Origin: Vermamoeba vermiformis | Taxonomy: Eukaryota | Length of the DNA: 41,022 nt | Assembly (NCBI GenBank): GCA_045837725.1 | Contig: JBEWZL010000299.1 | Location: forward strand, 1 to 41,022 | Direction of reading: 5' to 3' | Shown here: positions 10,574 to 22,112 of the stretch, piece after piece | Layout of the letters: every line of letters starts with the position of its first letter | Numbering within the stretch: the first letter of the stretch is position 1 | The notes under the pieces: model-generated | What the model saw: only the letters and a program-made list of their open reading frames with translations | Told to the model about the DNA's origin: nothing | Database searches by the model: none | Translations under genes and position numbers: made by a program

Positions 10574-13311
10574 TTACAGGCCGGTAAAAATGATAAGCGA
10601 CAGTGACAACAACAGGGTCAAAGATAGATTGATGTTAATGTCCGCGGCGTTGTTAAGCTCGGCAGAATAATAAGCTGTGACAGTGTACTCTTCACTCGTG
10701 ATTGGTAATTCTAGCGAGCCATTCGAAACGTGCGTGCTCCAGTAGTCAAAGGTAAAGTGCACATCGTTAACGACTTGAATAGGCGGTGCTGCTAGCATTC
10801 TAATGACGCATATTAGTTTTGTTGTTCAATATGAAAGAAGGCTTTACCTCTTCATTCCAACAACGCCTACAAGATCCATAGGTGGATAGATCGTAATTCC
10901 GTCCAACTCTAATGTAACCCCAGCAGTATCAGACAGAATGTGAATAGTGCCGAGCTTGGGGTGAATATCAACATATGTCTCCGCGCTCAATCCTAAGCTG
11001 TCCACCGCGGTGAAATGTACTCGATACCACTGCACGTGATCAACCTCGCCAACGACAGGAATTGTAAAATTTCCTTCTGTCACGTCAGGAATAGGTCCTA
11101 AGAATGGATGCGTGTGCTGTTGGTGATGCAGCACGATGGTCCATGCCACTCGGACATTTGGGTCCTCTGCTGACGATGCTTTTCCTGATTATACCGGTCA
11201 ATTACTACTAATGCTACAGACCAGAGACTTACCGCTAAAGTAGAACGTGTCTCCTGCACTATAAGTGTCACTTGCAGTTGGAGAAATTATCTCTAGTGCT
11301 GGAGGCAATCGAGTCGTAACATAGAGGTACACAGTGTTACTCGTGGTGTCCCCGTAAGAGTTGAAAATTCTCGCGTAGATTCTTGTCGCGTTGTCGGATA
11401 GCTGCACATCTAATTTCAAATATTAGTATTGCTAAATCTAAAAATATTGCCCATACTTGAGATTGTCAAAGTGTTCGAGTTGGAGTCTTGTATTGGCTGG
11501 TTGTTTCTGTACCATTGATAACCAAGATCATCGCCATTAGCTTCGACGGTAAATGTGGCTGAGTAATTCACCGAGACCAATTTAGACTCGGGCTGTAAAA
11601 ACACTGACGGGCCGAGATCCGTTGTTCGCACAACTTTGTATAGTATACCTAGAATGAATTAGCCATCTTTTGCAATAGGATCGGTAGTATTTGTCTTACC
11701 CGTATCAACTTCGGTATTAACAACAATAGAACCGTTGCTGTTGCCGCGATCCAGAACGTACAAACTGCCTGTACGAAGAGTCAAAATAATGAAATTTCGC
11801 ATTTTTGTTCGAATGACGTACCATCAGGCCCCGTGACAACACCCAGTGCTGCCTCTAGTCCGCTGATGAATATTTGATTGTCATCCATGGTCGTGACCGG
11901 ATCGTACTTTTGATTCAAATCAAGTGCTCTGACCCAACCAGCGCAGTAATCGCCAAAGAAAAATTTGCCTTTGTATTCGCTCGGAAATTGAATCGCCCCT
12001 CTTTTTCGGCTCGTCGGCGCAAGATTTGAGTAGAACGATCCGCCCGTGATTGAACACGAACCATCTCTGAAACACTTCAATTAGCCCTTTCAAGAATGAA
12101 AAATGTAACGATACGTACTGATGGAAATAAGTGAATATTGGCTGCACAATCGTCGGATCTGTCGTGTCAGCTAAACCTTCAAACATTGGCCAGCCATAAT
12201 TAGCGCCTTTTTTGCCAACGTTGATCTCTTCCCAACTCGCTACACATACATTAATTACATTATAGGACTAAAGGCCTCATATATATTACCCTCGCCAACA
12301 TCGTTGATGTAAAGTTGGTTTGAGATCGGATCTACTGTCATTGTGAATGGATTTCGTAATCCATAGGCCCAAATAGCTTTATGTTTTCCTATGAATATTT
12401 ATAGTTAATCTTTGATGAAATCGACAACAAGAATATTGGAAGAAATTACACGAGATCTGCCGAACTTATCTGGCTGGTCAGCCTCGTTCACAGAATAATT
12501 CAGATCGCTCATAATCAATCTTTAAACGTACCATCGACGTTATTATAAAATGGATTGTCGTTTGGAATGGACCCGTCAGCATTTATGCGGAGAATCTTGC
12601 CCCACGTGCTTTGAAGACTTTGCGAATGTTCATTGACGCCAATATTACCCGTAGCGATGTATAAATAGCTAAAAGCACTCGTAAGATCGGTTATAATACT
12701 ATAATTAGCGAACCTACCCTTGTGCATCGAAGGCTAAGGCACCGCCGTTGTGCACACCAGCGACTTCGAGCGGATCCATTTCGTAGAGTACTGTTTCAGA
12801 GCCAATATCGGCCACATTATCATATATAACAAATCTGCTAACTCGTGGTGGAGTAGTCTTGGGAGTATAATGCAAGTATACGAAGTGATTGGTGGCGAAA
12901 TTCGGATCCAAAGCAATGCCGATTAATCCTCGTTCATTATAATTATCAACTGTTAATGTCAAAGCAGGCGTCTCTAATAAAGTGTCGTTCTGAATTACAC
13001 GCAAGCTGCCATGCTTTTCACAAAGAAATACCCGACCTGAAATTAGGAAATTTTAAGTAAAGAATTAAAAATTCGCTGTCATTAATTCAAATAACTGCTT
13101 GACAATACTAACCGTCTTGAGCTACAGCCATAGTGGTCGGATTAAGGCCGCTGGCGATGACTAATAAAGATTTCAATCAGTCTGGTATTCCGGAAGCGGA
13201 TCAGTGCTACGTACTTGAAAGCTGATATCCTGACTTTAGTTTGGGCGCTGCGTACGTGCCATATAGAATTGTTAATATAAGAAGATTGATAGCTAAAAGC
13301 TTGTTAAGCAT
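10574..13311 (-). CDS. Secreted glucose/sorbosone dehydrogenase-like (PQQ-type beta-propeller) protein with Ig-like domains and hydrophobic C-terminal tail; multi-exon
   Basis: Signal peptide MLNKLLAINLLILTILYG. Propeller motifs ERGLIGIALDPNF, HNGG, GKILRINADGSIP.DNPF, WAYGLRNPF, WEEIN, NYGWP, SITGG.FY, FFGDY. Ig-like QP.S..V....ATFTV.A.G..LGYQWYRN. Hydrophobic end resembles a GPI signal or TM anchor. Confidence 0.88.
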
Positions 13312-13544
13312 TGAGGGCACGGATTCGACGAGTGTGGTGGTGTCTTTGAAGCATCAAACTGATTTGTACAATGCTTAAATGACCAGAGCGGGGGCTTTTA
13401 TTTGTCGATTTTGAGGTCTTCGAGGTATTCTACGGCAAAAAACATGTAAATTTAGTATTTTGAAACTAGATCCTTCCCAAAGGATATCGGACCTGAAATT
13501 CTTTGAAATTTGATCACTCGCACAAAAGGATCGATATACTTCAC

Positions 13545-15674
13545 TTAAGTGAGAAAATTACCTGTATTTTGATCGGTTTGGGCCGCTAGTCGACCAGATT
13601 CGAAGAATCTACGAGCATTTTGACTTGTAACTCCTAATGTCTGCTGAATCGTCCACTTCTTAACTTCGGAGACTAACTGTACTATTTCTTCCATGCCTTA
13701 TAATCGATATAATCAGGGATAAATTTATAACTGTGTTTTCTAAATTAGGAAAATGTAGCGAAATCGGATTTATAGAGCTGTTAGAGAATTCGATATTATT
13801 TAAATGACGCTTCGATAAATTACTTATTTACCTTCTTTGGACGGCTCGGGGCTATCCCAATCGGATTCGATAAGAAGTTTGTCGTCGGGAGTGAACGCGA
13901 TGTTGGATCTGAGTGTGTCCATATTGCTGCCATTGATTACCGTAGAATACGAGAAGTAGAACTTGTCGCTGATGTCTTTTAATGCTAATAACGACTTAAT
14001 CATATCGGACTTGCCACCTAAATCGCAGATCAGTACGGAGTCACTCGGATCTCAGAATATCGAATTCCTTTTCAGGAAATACAGCACATCGCTTACCGAA
14101 CGAATGTAACATTACTGCTGGCGGCATTATTTTGAGCTCTCCGTTATTATTGGCCTTCTTATTGCTCCGCGTGTAATTGTTTCTAAAGTAGTCGAACAGG
14201 TAGCCTTGAGCCCGTACGCAGTGCACTGTGACTGGCCGTTGCAATTTTGATGCAATATCCATCTGCTTTTCGAAAACTTGAACCTAAATGACATTACAGT
14301 TCGATAAATTTATTGCACCATTAAAACTTTAAGTATTTCGATCTTTACCTGCAGGTCGAACTCATTCACGCCGTAGCTCGTCTTGCTAACTTTGTCAATT
14401 CCGATCTCGCCGACGAAAGCCTCGGGGTGTGCTCGCAATTGCTGAAAAAATAAGTTAGCTTTGCAAAACAAATGATTGAAAGAGATGTCCGTAATTATTT
14501 TCATGAATTTAACTGGCTCAGATTCTAAAATAACAGCTTCGGATAATGTGCTCGATAAATTAAAGGGATCTGGTTTAAGATTCATTTATTGGTATCTTTA
14601 TTCTAGATCCCCACGTAAGCCAAACATTTGGTGATTCCTAAGGCTTGAAACATAGACCATCGAGCATATCCGTCAAATATTAATTTATCACTACCTCTAA
14701 TTATCAGAGGAGGAATAGGAATATTATTTTTCCGTAAGTCGATCTGATTTTTCAGTCTAGGTTGGACGTCCGCTTGAAATATATCGGATTTATAAAGAGC
14801 TTCGTTAATCTTAATATCTTTGACGTCCATTTCCATCAATTTCCATGTTGAATTGTACAAATCAGCGCCGTAAATTGGAAAGTCCTCGGCATCCCACTCA
14901 TTTTCGCATGTTTTGATGACATAATCTCTTATTTTATCAGGTGGTAATATGGAGTATGTGCCTTCAATTGTAGTTGTGTCCATTTTAGAATTTGCAAGGT
15001 AAATGAGAAAAAAAGAAGATCAACGTTTCGTACGAACGAGAAGACACGTGGTAATTGGTTTCAACGAGTGCTAAAAAAATATATAAACATATTTACGATA
15101 CCTTTTCGAGGCGCTCGTCCCAGCCCGGCTTCATTGGTGGCAATTCTTTAGGCTCGGTGTCTTCCTCGTCATGATTGTGGTTCGTGTTGTTCTTTTTGCT
15201 GTTAGTATTAAAGCAGCAGTGTGCTTGCCACGGGTGAATGCCGTATGCAGGAATTACCAGCTTCGGAAACATTTTGTATAAATTTTGGATCTGTCAAAAC
15301 GTCTGGTTAGTTTCCCGCATTATTCAACAATACTAATTAATTATAATTCTTAATTAATATAAATTGCGTAGCTAAGCAACGCTCTTTACGTGCTTTGATT
15401 TGCAAAATTAAGTTTTTAATTTAATTATTTTGTGATTTACCTGTCCCCACTCGTTCTCTTCCATCGCCACGAGTACGATGCCTTCGTAGTAAAACATCTT
15501 ATAATTTTTCTTTTCTCTTTCCTCCACGCACTTCAATAAAAACGGTTCAATTTTCTTCTTATTTAAATGGATGTGGCTGTGACAGTCGAAAACGCCAGCT
15601 GCCGTTGGTAACTTTGCGTTTTTATTGTTCGATCCTTTAGCGACCGTTTTCTTATTGCTCGTGTTCTTCTCCAT
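13545..15674 (-). CDS. tatD: TatD-family metal-dependent DNase; multi-exon
   Basis: FDCHSH, YGIHPW, VGEIGID, VTVHCVRA, MLHSFG, LLIESD, TSQNARRFF in successive exons with GT-AG junctions. The 3' end is approximate. Confidence 0.9.
14603..14983 (-). CDS. Intronless 126-aa ParB/Sulfiredoxin-fold protein nested in a TatD intron
   Basis: IPPLIIR...LIFDGYARW.MFQALG..KCLAYV matches the ParB N-terminal pattern P-h-h-R...DG-x-x-R...LG. AAAATG start context; AATAAA immediately after the stop. Confidence 0.7.
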   Translation of the reverse strand: MDTTTIEGTYSILPPDKIRDYVIKTCENEWDAEDFPIYGADLYNSTWKLMEMDVKDIKINEALYKSDIFQADVQPRLKNQIDLRKNNIPIPPLIIRGSDKLIFDGYARWSMFQALGITKCLAYVGI

Positions 15675-16036
15675 CGTTGCTTTGAGATAATTGTGCGAAA
15701 AAGGATATTTCTATTTGTGCGTTTCCAATTTCGGTCTGGCTGCTCTTCCATGACGAACCAGAAAAGTTCATTGCACGAACACCAACGCTTGGGAGGCTAC
15801 TAATTGAGTCCTAAGCCTTTTAGCATAGTTTAATTTTTCGTGTTCAGCGATCAGACCTTTTGTGGAACTTCGCATTTGAACCAAAACGGTAGCAAGTTCG
15901 AACTCTTCTTTATATTGAACTACTCTGCAGAGGTAAATACAGTTCTGCGCCCAGTTTTACCACAACGTTCGGGTTTTTTGACGCTCGCTCATCTGATCAA
16001 ACAAACACGCCACGAGAACTCGACCCTACTACCAGG

Positions 16037-18810
16037 ATGAATACGCTATTAGGTACCGAAGCATTCAGAAAGAGTTACTTGTTCGCGAAAACCTCCTATT
16101 CTCTCGTAAAAAATAGGTATTGCAAATATTAGAATAATTTTCCAATTTATTTTACAAAATACGCATTTGTTTAGGACGCTGAATCCTAGATCATTTCACA
16201 CTTCGGCTTTACTATTTGCTAAAAAGAAAAATACTCCTGGAACGGAAAGTGCATTAGCGGCCAAGGTAGCTGAGTTGCAAGCTGAAGTCGCCCAATTGAA
16301 AGCTCAAGCTACTGCCAAAAATACGTCAATGGAATCAAAGACACATCCATACATGCGAGGGCTCAACGGTTATAAATTTCCTATTGTCGCTGGCGAAAAC
16401 GGTCTGGAATGGTATTCCTCTCAATTACGTAAATGGGGCACCGAACCACCGTTCCTCAATCGCCACGACGCACTCTTCACTTTGCTGTGCAATGCATACA
16501 ATTCAGTTGTTGCAAGTATGAAACCTGTCGTCACTCTTGCAACGACATCGCCTGGCTTTGGCACAACTCGCATCTTGGTCGAATGGATTGCGCAAGCATT
16601 CCTACATCCTTTCATTGTTGGTTCATTTCTGGCTGATAGCTGGAAGCTAAACTACACAATTACTACAAATGTCGAAGAGCAGATTCGCACAGCATTGAAG
16701 TCAACAAGCACTGAGACAGTACAGCGTGCCAATTTTCTTTTGCGCTTGTTTGATGCTGCTCTCTCACCATCAATTATCACTGTTCGTGCAGAGAAAAATA
16801 CTGAAATTCAAGGCATTATTGGTGCATCAGAAATTGTGACCGATGCGCAAGTCTTGCAAGGTACACAGTTGTTTTTATTATACTTAAATCTAACACTACA
16901 GAAAGTCTGCAAAGCAATTCTTATCAGTGGAATTGCATGCTTTACTAATGCCCAACTTTCTTTGTACAACCTTGATCTGCCTTCCCTGGCAAACTATTAT
17001 TTGAATGCAGTGCGCAGTGCCTCTAAATGGCCAGAGTTTGTTGTGAAGGATAGGCCAAAACCATTGCTGATAATCAACATTGATGAAGTACAGGTAAATT
17101 CAGTTTTAATATATATTTGCGAGTATTAAGGCTGGTACAACAGGAATTTGTTAAAAGGCATACACCTCATGAAAAGAAAAATTTGGCCTTTGAGATTGCC
17201 AGACAGTTCTTTAATCTCTCTAGAGACTCTGTTATAATTAACATGGTATCCACCAATTGAGCAACCTTCTGTTTAATGTTAAAATATCAATTCTGTAGGT
17301 GGGGCTTTGCACTGGTGGCTTGAATGCCTTTCGAGATCAAGCAAAGTTCTATCTAGTTCCCTACCTACCAATGGATCCCCTACTTGAGCTGCAAATACCT
17401 GAAGGAAGTTTGTGAGAAAGTGCTGCCCAAGAAATTGTATGCACCTGACGTTGAAGGTCAAAACGGCCATTTTAGCAAGGCTTTGTCACTACAGCTGCAT
17501 GAATTATGGCTTACAACGTGCGGCATTCCAAGATCCATCGAAACGCTAGTTGAAGTGTTACTGAGGATGCCCCTCAATGTTATAGACAAGTTATCAAATG
17601 AACAATTAGCAGAAGTTAGGAGGGCTCTTGCTGCTGATCGACCATTTACAGACATTACAAAGGAGATTGGAGCCAATCTCACTGAAATACAATGGAACCA
17701 GCTATTATTGGACTTCATTTTTTGCATACCAAAGAAACCAGAGAGTTGTATTGTTGGCAAAATTTGCTATGAAGACCTGGAGGCGGTGGGTGTTATCATC
17801 CCATTTCACTTCAATCAGCCACAAATATCAAAGCCTTATGTTATGCAGGATGACAGAAATTACACAATCCCTTTTTATTTGTATACAAGTGAAATTCAAA
17901 AGGCACTACCAGCATTTCAAAGCAATTACAAAAGCATACCAAATCGACACAACGTGGCATGGGAAAAATGTCACATTACCCTCGAAATGGTGATCAAAGT
18001 GTATGGTCGTGTGATTAATGACAACATCAGAACAGCAGAATGTCGGACACTAAAGAAGAAAGAACATGTTTTTACTAACACAACACACAACACTAAAATA
18101 ATACTACAGGAGACTGCTGCTGTAAGCTTATGGTTGCGGTACTTGCACAAAAGAGTCGGCAAGAAAGCAAATCTTTTGGTGTCACTAGATGAAGTTCTGA
18201 AAGGCTTTGGTCTGACTAACTTTTATGTAAGTTCCTGCTTCATCATCAGCTGGACTAATTTTTTTGGTATCCAGGCATCATGGAAAGGAGTGATTCAGCT
18301 TACTGAAATAGGCTTATGTTACCAGACAGTGAACAATGACAAAGTCAAGCACCCCAATTTTGACAACTATGTGGAGTTCTTAGCCAAAAATCACTACATA
18401 GCAATCAACACAGCTTCATCCATGTTTGCAGATGTCATTGCACCTTTGTATGACAGCAATGGTAACTTCAAGAAGATACTTTGTATTCAGTGCTGTGATG
18501 TCAAGAACAACAGCAATTCAGTAAGCTGCTTATAGTTGCTAGGTACAATAACTAACGATTGATCAATTAGATTCAACCCTCTTACGTCTGTGGACAGATT
18601 GAGTATGTTCTAAGACCTGAAAACAATGCAATTTTCATTATTTTGGCTCCAAACATTACTCCAACTCCACTCTCGCAACTACCAAGTCGGCTGCCTGATC
18701 ATCAGAAGACCACAATTGAAAATTGGGAGATAAAAAAAGAATTACTAGTTTCCGATGGAAAGAATTACCTGTCCGATTGGTTCTTGCGTGTATTTTCAGC
18801 CTCGTTTTGA
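16037..18810 (+). CDS. Crinkler/RHS(CR)-like NTPase + restriction-endonuclease-fold protein with putative mitochondrial presequence; multi-exon, possibly disrupted
   Basis: Degenerate Walker A (TSPGFGTTR), Walker B (LLIINIDEVQ), TCGIPR motif, C-terminal INT..SMFADVI...ILCIQ. Exon 1 16037-16116 splices in frame to 16175. Frame problem at ~17300-17415. Confidence 0.62.
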
Positions 18811-18993
18811 TGTTGAATCTTAATTTGTTTTACGTGGCAATAAAGCTCAATCCTTAAAGTGCAGTAGAAGTGACAGCAGTGACAGACCGCAAACGACAGT
18901 GCCGAGAGCGGGAGAGTTCATCGAGTGAGAGCAGCGATACTCAAATAGCAAAAGCCAAAGGTTTTACGTAAAAAAGTTCGTTACCTCTGGCAT

Positions 18994-21902
18994 CTACTTG
19001 CGATAGTAACGTAGAAGAGACCCAAGATAGTCTTTGTCGGGATAATCTTTGTGCAATCCTGGGATCTGATGCCTCTCTGCCTGCACTCCAAGATTGTAAT
19101 ATCGGTGCACGTCTTTCTTTTCGTCTAATCCGACAGCACAAATGCCAAGTCCATAGTAAGCTATTGAACGTGTAAATACGTGCTTAGATTAAGCCAATGT
19201 GCTGTCACTTACCACCAGCTCGTTCGATAGAGTCTTCATACTTGGCGCACTCGATGCATTTTAAAAAGGCTTTCTTTGCTTGATCGTATGTCTTGAGATT
19301 CATGTAACACTTGCCTAACATGAACCACAGCTCATGGTCGTCCGAAGATATCTTTACGGCGTCTTTGAGGGCTTGCAATGCATCTTGTAGCCTGTCAGTG
19401 AGCGAATAGACAATCGACGCAATCTTCAAAACGTCTCTTGAGTTGGGGAACAGATTTGTAGCACGTCTGATGAACTGCAGCAGCGCACGGTGCATATCTG
19501 GGTCTGCCAACTGCAGCATCGCATTTGCAATTACAACGTCTTCCGTAACACCTCTACGCATTGCAGTGCCGACCAATTCCAGCATCGTCGGGATCAGATC
19601 TGCAGGCACGAACAGCACTTTTTCCGTTATTCTCACCGCAGCTGCGAATTCTTCAACAAATAAGATGCTCATATCGGCGTTAATAGGCCTGTTATTTTGA
19701 GCAATATCCTCGGCAATGTGAAACGCACCCATGGCGTGCTTGATAGCGCGTTGAAGTTCCAATGCTACAGGTGTATTTGAGGCGAACACAGCCTCGTGTA
19801 GCTCTTTCAGAGTCTCGTCAGGTATGTGCGCAGTTGAATACTCTGGCGGTCTGAAGCTGTTGATAAGTTGTTGCCTCTCCTCCAAGTCCTCTGTGGCAAG
19901 TATTAATTCAAGCAAACCTCGACAGAGGACGCATTTCTTACCTTGTGTTTTAGGTGCTTTTTCTTCGAGCTCTTTCAACTTGCTCAAGTTCAAGTGAGCT
20001 TGATGATAGTTCCTGCGAATTGCTCGCTCAAACCACTTGCGGGCCTGTGTAAAACTGGGTGCCACGCCAGTGCCGGTCATGTAACAACAGCCTACTTTGT
20101 CCATCGCCGCGCCCTCGCCTTCATTTGCAGCTGCCAACAGTAACTTGAACCCTCTCGTAACATCCATCATCGCGTTTTTGCCCGTTAGATGCATGTCTCC
20201 CAGAAGTAGCATTGCGGCTGTATTGCCGTTATTGACCGCCTTTTCAAGCCACTCAAATGCTGCTGACTTGTTTCGCGGTCCGCCAATACCTTCCATTAAG
20301 CAGAAGGCAAAACAATACTGTGCCTGTGCGACGTCTGTTGGTCGGTCAGCATCGAACAATCCACCACGCGACACTTACTTTTATCTACTTTCTGCACCTT
20401 TGCCAGTTTTTCAAACCACGTTCTTGCCTTCTTTTCATTTGGCTTTACACCATGACCTTCTTTAAAGCAATACGCCTGCACTCGTTCAGCTAATGACTCG
20501 ACGCTACAATTGCTTTACGTACCACTTCGAGCATTCCTCTCGTGTTTCCTTTATCTGCAGCCTTCATGAAAAGATTAAACGCAGCCTCGTGCTTCGGAGG
20601 CACATTGCTCGCGTAAATCAAGCCACGAAAGACGTCCGCATCGGTGCTATTTTCCAATGATAAGGCGTTCAGAATGCTGTTCAAGTTGTCCACATTCATG
20701 CTAGCTCGGTATGTGTTGTTGATCTGAATAGAACCTGTTAGCGTTACGTTTAGTACGATGGTCGGCTTACATTTGCAACCTCTTCTTGCACATTTAGAAT
20801 AGTTCGAGAAATTGGAGCCGTGGACGATAAGTCTTGGTACACCGCACTACCACGAAGCTCTTCAAGACTTTTGTTTCCGGGATCCAACACGATAGCAGTG
20901 CCAAATGCTATGCATTAGTAAGTGTTAGTATGCTTCACTTATTATTACAGATAATTACGAACCTTGAACGGCCTTGCTAAAGTCTCGTCTAGCGAAGAAA
21001 ATTTTTCCTTTCTTCTCGTAGAAGCACCGTAATTCAGGCATTAATTGCTTTGCTTTCTTTAAGTCAACGAGTGCTCGATTAAATAATTTGTCTTCAGCAT
21101 CCTCATCGAGATCTGAATCTTTGTCTGCTTTGCGCTGTTTGACGAGCTCAACTGTGGCATCTGAACGCAACACCAATGCATTTGCTCGTTCGCTTTGACT
21201 GATCTTATGCAATGCCAATGCCTTTGTGAAACACTCTATAGCTTTTGAGAACTGTTTCGACTTCATGGCTGCTTCACCTTCACTCTTCAACTTCAAGAAC
21301 TCGGGATCTGTCGTTCCTGAGCTGAACGAGTTAATATCATTCGTGCGATACTTGTCAATCTCCTTCTCGTTCTCGCCGAAGAATAGCAATGCCTCTTTGA
21401 GTTGCTTGAAGAACTGTTCGAACTTTTGTTGATCGAGTTGGATCGACTCCTGGCTCGTTGAGTGTGCTACGTAATTACGAATATTCTTAATATTTTCTAA
21501 ATGCTGGTCTTCTATCGTAATTTTATCAGATTGAGTAACGCGTATTGCCTTAATTGCAGTAATTAATGTGGCGAGATCCCACGAAGAGGAGTCTCCTCCA
21601 CGGATAGCAGTCCTTCTATCAGTTGGACGACCAGCAAGATAATCAATATTATTTATGAAATATTGTCCGCACTCCTCTCCATCATTCCACTCCTGTCCTG
21701 TGCTTTGTTTGAAGCGATCTTTGAAGATTTGCTGCAGATATTGTGATACCGCATTTAGCATGTATTGAATACGTATAGTATCCCTAAAACCATAATTAAT
21801 TATTATCAAGATAAATATTAGATAATTAGTGGACGATAACTAAAAAGGTTCAGATTTGGTTTCCTGAGGCAACTATACTTACGTTCGAGTTGTATTTTCC
21901 AT
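18994..21902 (-). CDS. HEPN-like + TPR + Sel1-repeat + TPR protein (paralog A); multi-exon
   Basis: N-terminal SSWDLATL...IKNIRNYVAH. TPR LKSEG.AAM..KQFSKAIECFTKAL. Sel1 repeats (AQYCFAFCLMEGIG, AMDKVGCCYMTGTGV, ARKWFERA). C-terminal TPRs (LWFMLGKCYMNLKTYDQAKKAF). Confidence 0.85.
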
Positions 21903-22112
21903 ATTGTCGAATAAATTAACAGCCTAAGGCTTGATGTTGTTTGGTTTATTGAAACTGAAACATTGAAATAGCAGGATAAAAACCCACGGCAATCCAAAAA
22001 AATTTTCCGAGAGCATTTTCAGTGAAGGAAATCGGCTAGCAACTAACACTTCATGTCCACCCACAACACCATCGACATAGTGAATTCGCTTCTTAGATAA
22101 AGCTTAGCTGGC

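Noticed and set aside
14310-14585. 91-aa ORF as a second nested gene
   Set aside because: Its 3' half is a TatD exon and its 5' half is intron read-through.
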